The notes under the pieces were generated by a model. That model saw only the letters and a program-made list of their open reading frames with translations. It was not told the DNA's origin and did not search any database. Source: Candidatus Eiseniibacteriota bacterium (GTDB lineage: Bacteria; Eisenbacteria; RBG-16-71-46). From it: 64,000 nucleotides of DNA. Below, piece after piece: positions 1 through 10,706 of the stretch. Both the position numbers and the translations under genes were made by a program. How positions within the stretch are numbered: the stretch's first letter is position 1; every line of letters begins with the position of its first letter. The DNA lies in the NCBI GenBank assembly GCA_963725865.1, contig CAVSAC010000014.1, positions 1,248,001 through 1,312,000 on the forward strand. Direction: 5' to 3'.

Positions 1-1413
1 GTCGACCTGGCCGACCAGGGCGGTGACCTGTGGAGCGCCGACATCACCGTCAGCCAGGCGCTGGCCGGATACGACACCGCGGACGTCAATCACGACCACG
101 TCGGCTACCTGCAGGTGTACGAGGGCGGGATCCCGGCGTTCACCTACCAGGTGTTCATCAACGTGGCGGACGACCGCGTGCCGACGCTGCGACCGGCGCT
201 CGTGAGCGGCACGATCCAGTCCACCTGCCACGTGGTCAACGTGTGGCGGCCGGACCTCACGTTCCCGCCGAGCGCGGCGGTCGTGCGGGCCGCGGTCGCG
301 GACGTGCTGGCGGCGTTCGGCGACCAGTTCGACTTCCTGAACGTCGTGCACACGCTGCCGAGCTACCCGCTGAATCGCGGGCACCTCGTGGTCCGGAACG
401 CGGTCGCGGGGATCGGGCTCCCGCCGGTCGACGACACGGCGCAGTGGGGCAGCGCGGGACGCCTGCTCGGCCTGACGTTCTACCCGATCGACACGTTCTT
501 CGATCTCGCCGAGAGCGCGAGCCTCCACGAGCTCGGCCACCAGTGGATCAACTACAGCAGCCTGCCGCTGCTGGCGGTCGGCACGCCGCACTGGCGGCCG
601 GGCACGCCGGCGCGCGGGCTGATGGGCTTCAACATCGGGGGCGGCGGGGGCGGCGTGTTTCCCTTCGAGTTGGTCCCGCTGGGCGGCAACCTCTATCAGC
701 TGTCGGCGGCCGAGCCGCCGCGCGAGTTCACGGACCTCGATCTGTACGAGATGGGATTCCTGCCGCCCGACTCGGTCGGGACCCACGTCGTGTTCGACGA
801 TCCGAACCTGTTCCTGTGCGACGGCTGCTCCGGTGCGGCCACCACCTTCGGCGTCGCCGACGTCATCGCCGCGCAGGGGCCGCGCGTGCCGGCCGCCGCG
901 CAGTCACCGCACCGGTTCCAAGTCGGCACCATCGTCCTGAGCCGCGACCGGCTGCTGACGGCCGCCGAGCTCTCGGTGTTCGACTACTTCGCCGCGCGCG
1001 GCGAGGCCACCACGCCGCTGCCCTTCACGAGCGGGCTCGAGAGCGGGGTCACCAGGCCGTTCCGGCTCGCCACCCGCGGCATCGGCACGCTCGAGACCTG
1101 GATGGACGCCGCCTGCGCGTCCGCCGCCGTGACCGACGCCAGGCCCGCCGGCCCGGCGTTCCGGATCGCCGGCGCGAACCCGCTGCGCGGAGCCACCGCA
1201 TTCGAGTGGACGCAGACCGCTCCCGCCCGGGTGGCGCTCGAGGTGTTCGCGGTCACGGGCGCGCGCGTGGCGCGGATCGCGAGCGGGCCGTTCGAGCCCG
1301 GCACCCACGCCGCGCGATGGGCCCCCGGAGCGCTGCCGGCCGGCGTCTACTTCGTGACCCTCTCGCTCGACCAGCATCGCGCGGCCGTCCGGCGCGTGGT
1401 CGTGATGCGCTGA
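1..1413 (+). CDS. Putative secreted zinc metallopeptidase-like protein with C-terminal FlgD-Ig/T9SS-like sorting domain (5' partial)
   Basis: Frame is open from base 1; HExxH motif LHELGHQW; C-terminus 'NPLRGAT...VFAVTGARV...PAGVYFV...RRVVVMR' is typical of the CTD. Confidence 0.7.
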   Translation, partial: VDLADQGGDLWSADITVSQALAGYDTADVNHDHVGYLQVYEGGIPAFTYQVFINVADDRVPTLRPALVSGTIQSTCHVVNVWRPDLTFPPSAAVVRAAVADVLAAFGDQFDFLNVVHTLPSYPLNRGHLVVRNAVAGIGLPPVDDTAQWGSAGRLLGLTFYPIDTFFDLAESASLHELGHQWINYSSLPLLAVGTPHWRPGTPARGLMGFNIGGGGGGVFPFELVPLGGNLYQLSAAEPPREFTDLDLYEMGFLPPDSVGTHVVFDDPNLFLCDGCSGAATTFGVADVIAAQGPRVPAAAQSPHRFQVGTIVLSRDRLLTAAELSVFDYFAARGEATTPLPFTSGLESGVTRPFRLATRGIGTLETWMDAACASAAVTDARPAGPAFRIAGANPLRGATAFEWTQTAPARVALEVFAVTGARVARIASGPFEPGTHAARWAPGALPAGVYFVTLSLDQHRAAVRRVVVMR

Positions 1414-1462
1414 CTCACCGCTCGCCGGCGCCGGCAAGCGCGCCGCGGCGGCACCGCTGCGC

Positions 1463-2071
1463 TCAGCGCACCGGCGGCGTGGAGTCGGGCAGCGCGCCCA
1501 GTCCGCGCATGCGCGCGGTCATCGCGGCTTGCGCCAGCCACTGGATGGTCGCGTCGCGGCCGAAATAGCCGCTCGACTTCTCGAACCGCTGGCGGCCCGG
1601 GCTCGCCACCACCAGGGTCGGGAACGCGTCGATGCCGTAGGCCTGCTGCAGGCGGTCGACCTCGAGCGGGTTGCGGCCGTCCTCGCGCTGGCGGTCGGTG
1701 ACCCGCACCGGCACGAACAGCTGCCCGATCCGGGTCGCCTCCTCGGGGTCGGCGAACACCTCGTCGGCCATCTTGCGGCAGGGGCCGCACCACTCGGCGC
1801 TGAAGTCGTAGAGGATCGGCCTGGCCGTGCGCTTGGCCAGCTCCTCGGCCTGCGCGATCGGCACCCACGCGACGCGGTCCGTGCCGCCCGCGGTGCCGAA
1901 CCTCACGTGCGTCGAGCCGCCCACCGGCCGCATGGCCGCCGGTGGCGCGTGGCGCGCGTCCCAGATCCCGGTCGCCACCCGCGCGATCAGCAGCGCCGCG
2001 GCCGCGATCACCAGCGCGCGCGGCAGCGCGCGGCTCGGGCCGGCCAGGTGGGCGCCGTCAGCCGGCGGCAT
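1463..2071 (-). CDS. Membrane-anchored thioredoxin-family protein
   Basis: DFSAEWCGPC active site, cis-Pro motif AFPT, N-terminal hydrophobic helix. Confidence 0.85.
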   Translation of the reverse strand: MPPADGAHLAGPSRALPRALVIAAAALLIARVATGIWDARHAPPAAMRPVGGSTHVRFGTAGGTDRVAWVPIAQAEELAKRTARPILYDFSAEWCGPCRKMADEVFADPEEATRIGQLFVPVRVTDRQREDGRNPLEVDRLQQAYGIDAFPTLVVASPGRQRFEKSSGYFGRDATIQWLAQAAMTARMRGLGALPDSTPPVR

Positions 2072-2764
2072 ACGAGAGCTCCTTGCGGTTCATCGCCCAC
2101 ATCGCGACCACCAGGCAGAGCGTGAGCGTCGACAGGTACGAGACCAGCTCGAACCACGGGATCGCGCCGTGGCTGAAGAACGGCGACGGATCGAGCGAGG
2201 CGTCGAGGAAGCGCTGCACCTCGGCGCCCGCGCGCGCGAGCCACGGCCACTGGCGCGCGAAGCCGACGCTGCTGAGGATGCCGGCCCCCAGGAACGTCAG
2301 CACGTACAAGCCGAGGTCGCCGAGGCCGGGCGCCAGCGCCGAGAACATCACCAGCACCGCCGACACGCCGAACACCGCCAGCGCCCCCTCGAGCATCTTG
2401 GCCGCCATCATCGCGGCGCCGACGTCGCCGTGGCGCAGCAGCGAGACCACCGCCGCCACCAGCACCTGCAGCACGCACACCGCGGTGGCCAGCGAGCCGG
2501 CCGCGAGCCAGCGCGCGAACACGTACTCGGCGCGCCGCAGCGGGCGCGCGAACGCCAGCGTGAGCACGCCGCTCGAGACCTCCTGACCGATCAGGCCGGC
2601 GGCGAACACGAACCCGAACACGCCGAAGGTGGTCTTGCCGAGCGTCGCGAGCGAGCCGGTCAGCAGCACCGGCAGCAGGCCGAAGCCGAACAGCATCAGA
2701 GCGAGCAGCAGCCGCAGCGGGCTGGTCAGGCGCTGGCGCCAGAACGTCGTGACGAGCGTGACGA

Positions 2765-2768
<4 letters not shown>
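2058..2768 (-). CDS. ABC-2 type transporter permease
   Basis: Multiple TM segments, E...G.L...FARPLRR motif, overlaps the stop of the ABC ATPase. Confidence 0.8.
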
Positions 2769-3697
<929 letters not shown>

Positions 3698-3743
3698 CGG
3701 TCCTCTCGGAAGCGGGGCGCACCGCGCGCCCGCGGCGCGCAGA

Positions 3744-5030
3744 CTAGCGGCTCGTCGCGTCCTTCGCCACCACGCCGCCCTTCATCACCCAGGTCACGCG
3801 CTCCAGCTCGGTGACGTCCTTGAGCGGATCGCCCGCGACCGCGACCAGGTCGGCGAAGTGGCCGGGCGCGATCGCGCCCACCCGGTCCGACCAGCTCATC
3901 AGCTCGGCCGCGCTCACGGTGGCGGTCTGGATCGCCTGCATCGGCGTCATGCCCTCGCGCACGTAGATCGCGAACTCGCGGACCTGGGTGCCGTGCGGGA
4001 ACACGCCGGCGTCGGTGCCGAAGGCGATCTTCACGCCCGCGTGCAGCGCGGTGCGGAACGCGCCGTGCATGACACCGCGGACGGCGCGCGCCTTGGCGAG
4101 GTTCTCCTCCTGGATGTGGAGCGGGTTGCCCTCGGCGAGGATCGGCTCGACCACGTAGAGCGTCGGCACGTACCAGGTGCCGTTCTTCTTGAGCACCTGC
4201 GCGACCTCGGCGTCCATATAGGTGCCGTGCTCGACCGAGCGCACGCCCGCCTCGCTCGCCCAGATCATGCCTTCCTTGCCGTGGCAGTGGGCCGCGACGT
4301 GGCGTCCGAGGCGCTCGGCCTCGTCGACCGCGGCGTGCATCTCCTCGCGCGTGTACAGCGTGAGGCGGGGGTTGTCGCCGGCCGACAGCACGCCGCCGGT
4401 GGCGAGGATCTTGATGACGTCGGCGCCTTGCTGGACGTTGAAGCGGACGTGCTTGCGCACCTCGTCGACGCCGTCCGCGACGCCCGACTCCAGGTCGTTG
4501 CACCAGTGGTAGTCGAGCAGGTTGGTGGGATCGCCGTGCCCGCCGGTCATCGAGAGCGACCAGGTCGCCACCTGCATGCGCGGGCCCACGATCTCGCCGG
4601 CGTTCACGGCGTCGCGCAGCGCCACGTCCACCAGCTCGCGGCCGCCCACGTCGCGCACCGTGGTGAAGCCCGCCATCAGGGTGGCGCGGCAGTTGTTCAC
4701 CCCGGTGACCGCCGCGCGCGCCGCGCTCGACTTGAGCCGCTCGGCCAGCGGGATGCCGACGCGCGAGGACAGGTGGGTGTGCACGTCGATCAGCCCGGGC
4801 AGCAGCGTGGCGCCGCCGAGGTCGGTCACCGGCAGGCCGCTCGGCGCGCGGTCGGCGATCGACTCGATCGTGTCGCCCGCGACCACCACCCACACCTCGC
4901 CGCGCTCGAGCCCGGCGCGCGCGTCGATCCAGTGCGCGGCGTGGACCGCGAAGCGACCGGCGGCGTGCGCGGCGAGGGGCAGCGCGAGCAGCGCGGACAG
5001 CGTGAGCGCGAGCGACAGGCGACGGCGCAT
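3744..5030 (-). CDS. Secreted metal-dependent amidohydrolase (Xaa-Pro dipeptidase-like)
   Basis: PGLIDVHTH, IKILATGG, AAHCHG, EHG and FGTDAG motifs; signal peptide MRRRLSLALTLSALLALPLAAHA; start taken as ATG at 5030. Confidence 0.9.
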   Translation of the reverse strand: MRRRLSLALTLSALLALPLAAHAAGRFAVHAAHWIDARAGLERGEVWVVVAGDTIESIADRAPSGLPVTDLGGATLLPGLIDVHTHLSSRVGIPLAERLKSSAARAAVTGVNNCRATLMAGFTTVRDVGGRELVDVALRDAVNAGEIVGPRMQVATWSLSMTGGHGDPTNLLDYHWCNDLESGVADGVDEVRKHVRFNVQQGADVIKILATGGVLSAGDNPRLTLYTREEMHAAVDEAERLGRHVAAHCHGKEGMIWASEAGVRSVEHGTYMDAEVAQVLKKNGTWYVPTLYVVEPILAEGNPLHIQEENLAKARAVRGVMHGAFRTALHAGVKIAFGTDAGVFPHGTQVREFAIYVREGMTPMQAIQTATVSAAELMSWSDRVGAIAPGHFADLVAVAGDPLKDVTELERVTWVMKGGVVAKDATSR

Positions 5031-5202
5031 GACGGGACCTCCGTGAGGTGGCGGCGCGGACCGGGGCACGGTGCCAGAGGGCGGCAGGTCGGGCAACGCC
5101 GAAATGCGTCCGGGCAGGCACAGGTCGCCGGAGTGGCGCGTGCCCGGAGCATCGCGTGTGGGTATTGCGATGCGGAGGGCACGCGCTCGAGTGGCGGCTC
5201 GC

Positions 5203-7005
5203 TCAGTCGCGGCGGAAGTACGACATCAGCCCGCCGGGGCTCTGGGCGCGGGCGAGCGCCAGCGCGACCCGCGGCAGCGCCAGCGGCTCGGGGTAGACCA
5301 GGAAGCGGTCCTCGAACGCCGGCGCGAACTTCTTCTTCCAGCGGAACAGGTTCTTGAAGTCGTAGAAGCGCGACAGGTGCTCCATCAGGAACTCGCGCGC
5401 GCGGTCGGCCGTGGTGGGCGCCGGCGACGCCCCGCCGCCCCGGGCGCGCGGCGCGTCCTTCGGCAGCGGCGAGGCCGCGGCCTCGGCGTCCGCGGTCGCC
5501 GCCGCCGCGGATTCGGGCGTGAGCGGGGGCTCCTCGACGCTCACGAGCGCCGAGAGCGAGAGCGACAGCAGCGCGTCGCCGCGCGCCCGCGCGGCCTCGA
5601 GCGAGCGCACGATCAGGAACTCCATCACGCCGCTCGGCGAGTCGCCGCGCCGGCGCATCAGGTCGAGCGCCCAGCCGCGGCGCGCCGGGATCGGCTCCCA
5701 CGTCACGAACGCCTCCACGCGCTGGCGGGCCGCATCCCACGCCACCGCGAGCGGCGATTGGGGCAGCCGCGCGGGATCGAAACGTCCCATGCAGAAGCCT
5801 TTCTCGCCACCGTTGCGCGTGCGCAGCCACTCGCTGGAGATGTCGCGCATCTGGGCGAGCAGGCCGTCGGGATCGTGGTGCGGGTCGAACGCGCCCGCGC
5901 CGGGGAAGAACACGCGCGCCACCACGCCCGCGCCCTCGACGCGGCGCACCGCGCGGCGCACCTCGGCGATCGCCGAGCCCTCGAGCGAGAAGCGGTCGGT
6001 CCACAGCACGGGGTCCTCGCCGATGTGCAGCGCCCGCCATCCCCGTGCGTGGTACAAGGGCAATCGCTCGGGGCGCGCCTGGAAGAACGCGAATTGCCAG
6101 TCGCGCGTGCGGCAGTGCTGCTCGAACGCGTCGAGCAGCGCCGGCAGCTCCTCGAGTGGGCCGATCGGATCGCCGACGGCGAGCAGCGTGTCCGCCTCGA
6201 AGCGATAGGCGATCACCGCGCGCTGGTTGGCGCTGAAGAAGTAGTCGATGCCGGAGCCGAGCGCGAACGCGGCGACCGAGCTGTCGCCGTGCTCGCGCAC
6301 CAGCTCGGCCACGCGTCGCACCTCGGCGCCGTGGCGTCCGCGATGGGCGGCCGGCCGCAACGCCAGCACGGCCAGCGCGACCAGCAGGATCAACCCGAGC
6401 GCCGGCAGCGACTCGAGGAACCACTCGACCACGCGCGACTCCGCCGGCGGGAGGGTGCGCGCGAGCACCAGCGCGGGACCGCCGATGCCGACCAGCCGGT
6501 AGGCGGCCTCCTCGATCGCCCGCACCAGGGAGGCGCCGGGGCCGAACGTGCCCTCGACGATCCAGCAGCCGACGACCGCGTAGACGAGCAGGCCGATCAC
6601 CGCGGCGGTGCCCCACGAGCGCAGCGCGCCGAGCGTGAGCGCGCGGCTGCGGACGCGGAACGCGTCGCCGCTCACGCCGAGCGCGAACAGCAGCGCGGCG
6701 GCGATCGACGCCTCCTCGACGTCGAGGGCCTTGAGCACGTTGACCGGCACCGAGAGCGCGCACAGGAACAACGCAGCGACGAACGCGCGGCGCTTGCCGC
6801 GCCGCAGGCCCCAGGCGGTGACCAGCAGCAGCGCCCCGGCGATGAGCGTGAACGTGCGGCTGGTGTCGAGCACGTCGGTGGGGACGAGGTGGACGAGGGC
6901 GACCAGGCGTTCGGGGGGACGCGACAGGAGCGCGGAGAGCAGATCCACCAGGCCCATCGCGGCGACCGCGATGGACAGCAGGGTCCTGAGGAACACGGTG
7001 CGCAT
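5203..7005 (-). CDS. Aminoacyl-phosphatidylglycerol synthase-like protein (MprF/LysX-type TM region plus DUF2156 domain)
   Basis: N-terminal TM helices, then GDPIG, IGED, EKGF.MG, LDLMRR, GVMEFL and LFRWKKKFAP motifs of the DUF2156 transferase domain. Confidence 0.85.
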   Translation of the reverse strand: MRTVFLRTLLSIAVAAMGLVDLLSALLSRPPERLVALVHLVPTDVLDTSRTFTLIAGALLLVTAWGLRRGKRRAFVAALFLCALSVPVNVLKALDVEEASIAAALLFALGVSGDAFRVRSRALTLGALRSWGTAAVIGLLVYAVVGCWIVEGTFGPGASLVRAIEEAAYRLVGIGGPALVLARTLPPAESRVVEWFLESLPALGLILLVALAVLALRPAAHRGRHGAEVRRVAELVREHGDSSVAAFALGSGIDYFFSANQRAVIAYRFEADTLLAVGDPIGPLEELPALLDAFEQHCRTRDWQFAFFQARPERLPLYHARGWRALHIGEDPVLWTDRFSLEGSAIAEVRRAVRRVEGAGVVARVFFPGAGAFDPHHDPDGLLAQMRDISSEWLRTRNGGEKGFCMGRFDPARLPQSPLAVAWDAARQRVEAFVTWEPIPARRGWALDLMRRRGDSPSGVMEFLIVRSLEAARARGDALLSLSLSALVSVEEPPLTPESAAAATADAEAAASPLPKDAPRARGGGASPAPTTADRAREFLMEHLSRFYDFKNLFRWKKKFAPAFEDRFLVYPEPLALPRVALALARAQSPGGLMSYFRRD

Positions 7006-7060
7006 GCGCGGACCAGCCTAGCACCTCGCGCGCCGCGGCGCGTGGGCGCCACCAACGAGA

Positions 7061-7086
7061 AGGCCCCGCGCTCGGGCGCGGGGCCT
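7061..7086 (-). terminator. Probable intrinsic terminator after the HU gene
   Basis: Perfect 11-bp stem aggccccgcgc / gcgcggggcct with a 4-nt loop, just past the HU stop; short pyrimidine-rich tail on the minus strand. Confidence 0.6.
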
Positions 7087-7107
7087 CGCGTACAGCGGTG
7101 TGGCGGT

Positions 7108-7389
7108 CTACTTGAGCGCGAGCTCCTTCATGGCCTTCGCGATCCGGAACTTGAGCACGGTCTTGGCCGGGATCTTGATGGCCTCGCCGGTCTGCGGATT
7201 GCGGCCCATGCGGGCCTTGCGCTTCACGACCACGAGCTTGCCCACGCCGGGGAACACGAAGCCGTTGCGCGCCTGCTTGGCGGCGAGCGTCGCCAGCTCT
7301 TCGAGGATCAGGGTGCTCTGCTTCTTGGTGAGCTCGAACTTGTTCGCGAGGTGACCCGCGATCTGTGACTTCGTCATCATCTTCGCCAT
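7108..7389 (-). CDS. hup: HU family DNA-binding protein
   Basis: 93 aa; MTKSQI..., GVGKL, RKARMGRNPQTGEAIKIPAK, KF motifs. Confidence 0.95.
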   Translation of the reverse strand: MAKMMTKSQIAGHLANKFELTKKQSTLILEELATLAAKQARNGFVFPGVGKLVVVKRKARMGRNPQTGEAIKIPAKTVLKFRIAKAMKELALK

Positions 7390-7468
7390 GTGTGTCCTTC
7401 CTCTCCCTGATGAAGGTCATGCGGCACATTCGGACGGGCGCCGAGTCGAGGCACCCTAGCCGGACGTG

Positions 7469-7497
7469 GGTATAGCGAGCGCGACCGCGAATGACAA
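7469..7497 (-). promoter_or_regulatory. Candidate sigma70-type promoter for HU
   Basis: Minus strand reads TTGTCA-17 nt-TATACC about 80 nt upstream of the ATG. Confidence 0.4.
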
Positions 7498-7646
7498 GGG
7501 GAATCTTGCACCCACATCGATTCCACCCTTTGCTGGAGCGGGTGGAAACGATGCATATTCCGGGCCGCGCCAATCGCGGGTGAAACGCGTCTCGCGGTGG
7601 CGCCGGGTGATCGACCGGTCTCGCGCACCCCGCCGAGCCCCGCGCT

Positions 7647-10235
7647 TCAGTCGGTGAGGACGACGCGCTGGACCGCCTCGGCGTCGCGCGTGCGCGCCCG
7701 CACGAAGTACACGCCGGCGCGTGCACGATGCCCGGCGGCGTCCGTCGCGCCCCACGCGAGTGCGTGACGCCCGGCCTCGCGCGGGCCGTTCGCGAGGCTC
7801 GCGACGCGGCGGCCCGCGGCGTCGTAGACCACGACTTCGACCGCGCTTGCGGCGGGCAGTTCGAGCGATAGACGCACCGCGCCGCGGCTCGGATTGGGCC
7901 ACGGCGCCGAGAGTGCGAGGCGCGCGGGATCCGCGGTGGGACCCACCGCGACGGGGAGCTGCGTGAGGTCGAGACGCCACTGCCCGCGGCCGTGCGTGGC
8001 CGCCACCAGCGTGCGCGAGGCGGCGTGGAGGGTGAGGTCGAACACGGCCTGGGCGGGCATCCCGACCCCGAGCGGGAACCAGCCGACGCCCAGGTCGCGG
8101 GTCGCCCACACCCCGACATCGGTCGCCAGGTAGAGGGTGTTCGGGTCCGCCGGGTCGACCAGCAGGTCGTTGGCGGGAGCGTCGGGGAGGTTCCCGGCGA
8201 TCGACGTCCAGGTGGTCCCCCGGTCGATGCTGCGGTACACGTGCGCCAGGTGCTCGTCGGAGCCGAAGCCCGAGAGCGTCACGTAGACCGTGCCCGCGGT
8301 CACCGGGTCGGCGGTCACGCGCGTGATCGCGCGCAAGGGCAGGCCGGCGGTGATCTCGGTCCAGCCCAGCCCGGCGTTGATCGAACGCCACACCCGGCCG
8401 TCGTCGGTGCCCGCGTAGTAGGTGAACGGGTCGACCGGAGAGATCTCCAGCGCGCTCATGGTGCCGTAAAGCAGCGTCGCGTCCACCGGGTTGGTGGAGA
8501 GGTCGGCGCTGACCGGCACGTACGTGATCCCGTTGTCGACGCTCTTGTAGACCCGCTGGCTCCCGACCAGCAGGACGCGGTGGTCGTGCGGATCCATCAC
8601 GATCGGCGTGTTCCAGTTGTAGCGGTCGGCGGCGTTGAAGCCCCCGGGGGTGCCGAACGAGGCGCCGCCGTTGACCGAGCGCTGCGGCCCGGCGCCCGAG
8701 CAGCAGTACTGGAACTCGGCGAACACCACGTTGCTGTCGACCGGATCGACCAGGCACTGGAAGCCGTCGCCTCCGAGCACCGGGAACCACGCGTTCGGCG
8801 AGCCCGCGGTGATCAGCGTGTTGTTGTCCTGGGTGCCGCCCAGCAGCTTGTTGGGGTTCTGTGGCGCGATGGCGCCGGCATAGAACTGCGTGATGGGCAG
8901 GTCGACCGACTTCAGCCACGATCCGCCGCCCACGCTGCTCGAGAAGAACCCGCCGTCGTTGCCGAGATAGACGCGGTTCGGGAACGACGGGTCGATCCAG
9001 ATCGCGTGCTGATCCACGTGCGCGCCGCCGGTGATGTTGGTGAACGAGACGCCGCCGTCGAGCGAGCGCATGAGCGTCACGCCGAGCGCGAACACGCGGC
9101 TCGGGTTGGTCGGGTCGACCGCCATGTCGCCGAAGTACCAGCTGAAGCCGCCGAAGCCGCCCGTGAAGCCGCTCGCATCGCGGCGCGTCCACGTGTCGCC
9201 GCCGTCGATCGAGCGGTACATGCCGAGCCCCGCGTAGCCCTGCGCCGTTCCGGTGGTGAACTGGGCGTAGATCGTGCGCGGCTGCGACGCGCAGAGCGCG
9301 AGCGCGATGCGTCCGACGCCGTCCGACGGCACCGGCAGCCCGGTGCTGAGGCGCGTCCAATTAGCGCCGCGATCGATGCTGCGCCAGATGCCGCAGCCCG
9401 GCCCGTATGCGCGCCGGTAGCTCTGCCGCCGCACGCGCTCCCACGACGCGGCGAACACGGTGTCGGGGTGCAGCGGGTTGAACACCACGTCGGTCACGCC
9501 GGTGCTGTCGTTGACGAACAGCGGCTTCGACCACGTGATGCCGCCGTCGGTCGAGCGATAGAGCCCGCGGTCGGGCGAGGTCGAGAACTGCGGGCCCATC
9601 GCCGCCACCAGAAGGTGGTTCGGGTCCGCGGGGTCCACCGCCACGCGCGCGATGCGCGCGGTCGCGGTCAGGCCGAGGTACTCCCAGGTGGCGCCCGCGT
9701 CGTGGGTGCGGTACAGCCCGCGCCCGTCGTAGGAGTCGACCGACGCGTTGGCCTCGCCGGTGCCCACGTACAACGTGGTCGAGGAGCCCGGCTCCAGCGC
9801 CAGCGCGCCGATCGAGAAGTCGCCGAACTCGTCGAAGATCGGCGTCCAGTTGGTGCCGCTGTTGGTGGAGCGGAACACCCCGCCGTTCGCCGCGGCGAGG
9901 AACACGGTGGCCCCGCCGGGAACCGCGGCCAGCGCCGTGACCCGGCCGCCGATGTTGTAGGGACCCGCCTGCTGCCAGGTCAGCGGCGTGGCGCTGGTGC
10001 CGAGCGCCAGGCGCTCGCGCTCCGCTCGCGCCTGCTCGACCGCGGCGGCCCACTTTTCCTGCGGGATGGTCTCGAACGGGAACGCACGCTGCATCCCGAA
10101 CCAATCGCTCGGATACGGTCCTCCGTCCTGCCCGGGGCGCTCGCCGGACTCCGGCCGGTGAAGGTGCGACCACAGCAGCGGCGCGGCGATGCAGACCACG
10201 GCGAGCAGCGACAGGGCGATGGGACGCGGACGCAT
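7647..10235 (-). CDS. Secreted BNR/Asp-box (Vps10/GH74-like) beta-propeller protein with FlgD-Ig/T9SS-like CTD
   Basis: Many S.DGG.TW Asp-box repeats, GPYNIGGRV and GTGE motifs, signal peptide from ATG 10235, CTD 'PNPSRG...YDAAGRRV...AGVYFVR'. Confidence 0.85.
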   Translation of the reverse strand: MRPRPIALSLLAVVCIAAPLLWSHLHRPESGERPGQDGGPYPSDWFGMQRAFPFETIPQEKWAAAVEQARAERERLALGTSATPLTWQQAGPYNIGGRVTALAAVPGGATVFLAAANGGVFRSTNSGTNWTPIFDEFGDFSIGALALEPGSSTTLYVGTGEANASVDSYDGRGLYRTHDAGATWEYLGLTATARIARVAVDPADPNHLLVAAMGPQFSTSPDRGLYRSTDGGITWSKPLFVNDSTGVTDVVFNPLHPDTVFAASWERVRRQSYRRAYGPGCGIWRSIDRGANWTRLSTGLPVPSDGVGRIALALCASQPRTIYAQFTTGTAQGYAGLGMYRSIDGGDTWTRRDASGFTGGFGGFSWYFGDMAVDPTNPSRVFALGVTLMRSLDGGVSFTNITGGAHVDQHAIWIDPSFPNRVYLGNDGGFFSSSVGGGSWLKSVDLPITQFYAGAIAPQNPNKLLGGTQDNNTLITAGSPNAWFPVLGGDGFQCLVDPVDSNVVFAEFQYCCSGAGPQRSVNGGASFGTPGGFNAADRYNWNTPIVMDPHDHRVLLVGSQRVYKSVDNGITYVPVSADLSTNPVDATLLYGTMSALEISPVDPFTYYAGTDDGRVWRSINAGLGWTEITAGLPLRAITRVTADPVTAGTVYVTLSGFGSDEHLAHVYRSIDRGTTWTSIAGNLPDAPANDLLVDPADPNTLYLATDVGVWATRDLGVGWFPLGVGMPAQAVFDLTLHAASRTLVAATHGRGQWRLDLTQLPVAVGPTADPARLALSAPWPNPSRGAVRLSLELPAASAVEVVVYDAAGRRVASLANGPREAGRHALAWGATDAAGHRARAGVYFVRARTRDAEAVQRVVLTD

Positions 10236-10472
10236 GGCGGGCTCCGAGGGTGCGAGGCGATGAACGACGTGCATGAGTCTAGAGTGCCGCGACCGGATCG
10301 GGCAACGGTGGCGGGGCCGCCCGGCGCCACTGTTCAGCCGCCCTGCGCTATGCTGCGCGCGGTGGAAGCCGCCCGAAGCCGGCGGATCGAGCGCGACCGG
10401 GAGCTGCCGGCCCGGCGCGCCCGCGGACGCCCCCGCGCCCCGGAGCCGGATCCACCCTCGGAGGTTCGTCCC

Positions 10473-10670
10473 ATGATGAAGAACGTCGGTGACATCGATC
10501 GCACGCTGCGCATCGTCGCGGGCATCGTCGCCCTCGGGCTCGGCTGGTACCTGAAGAGCTGGTGGGGGCTGATCGGCATTCCGCTGCTGCTCACGGGGCT
10601 GATCCGCTGGTGCCCGGCGTACCTGCCGTTCAAGCTCTCGACCCGCGCCGACAAGCCCGCGCCTCACTGA
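10473..10670 (+). CDS. DUF2892 (YgaP-like) small membrane protein
   Basis: MKNVGDIDRTLRIVAG...WCPAYLPFKLST signature; GGAGG RBS upstream. Confidence 0.9.
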   Translation: MMKNVGDIDRTLRIVAGIVALGLGWYLKSWWGLIGIPLLLTGLIRWCPAYLPFKLSTRADKPAPH

Positions 10671-10706
10671 GGCGCGCGCTCCTCGCGGCCCGCCGGCGGC
10701 TCGCGG

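Noticed and set aside
4826..10670. Very long alternative-frame ORFs (e.g. 4826-8119 minus, 5071-7368 plus, most of 7992-10670 plus) and similar ones across the window
   Set aside because: Arg/Ala/Pro-rich shadow ORFs that overlap well-supported genes; expected at this GC content because stop codons are rare.
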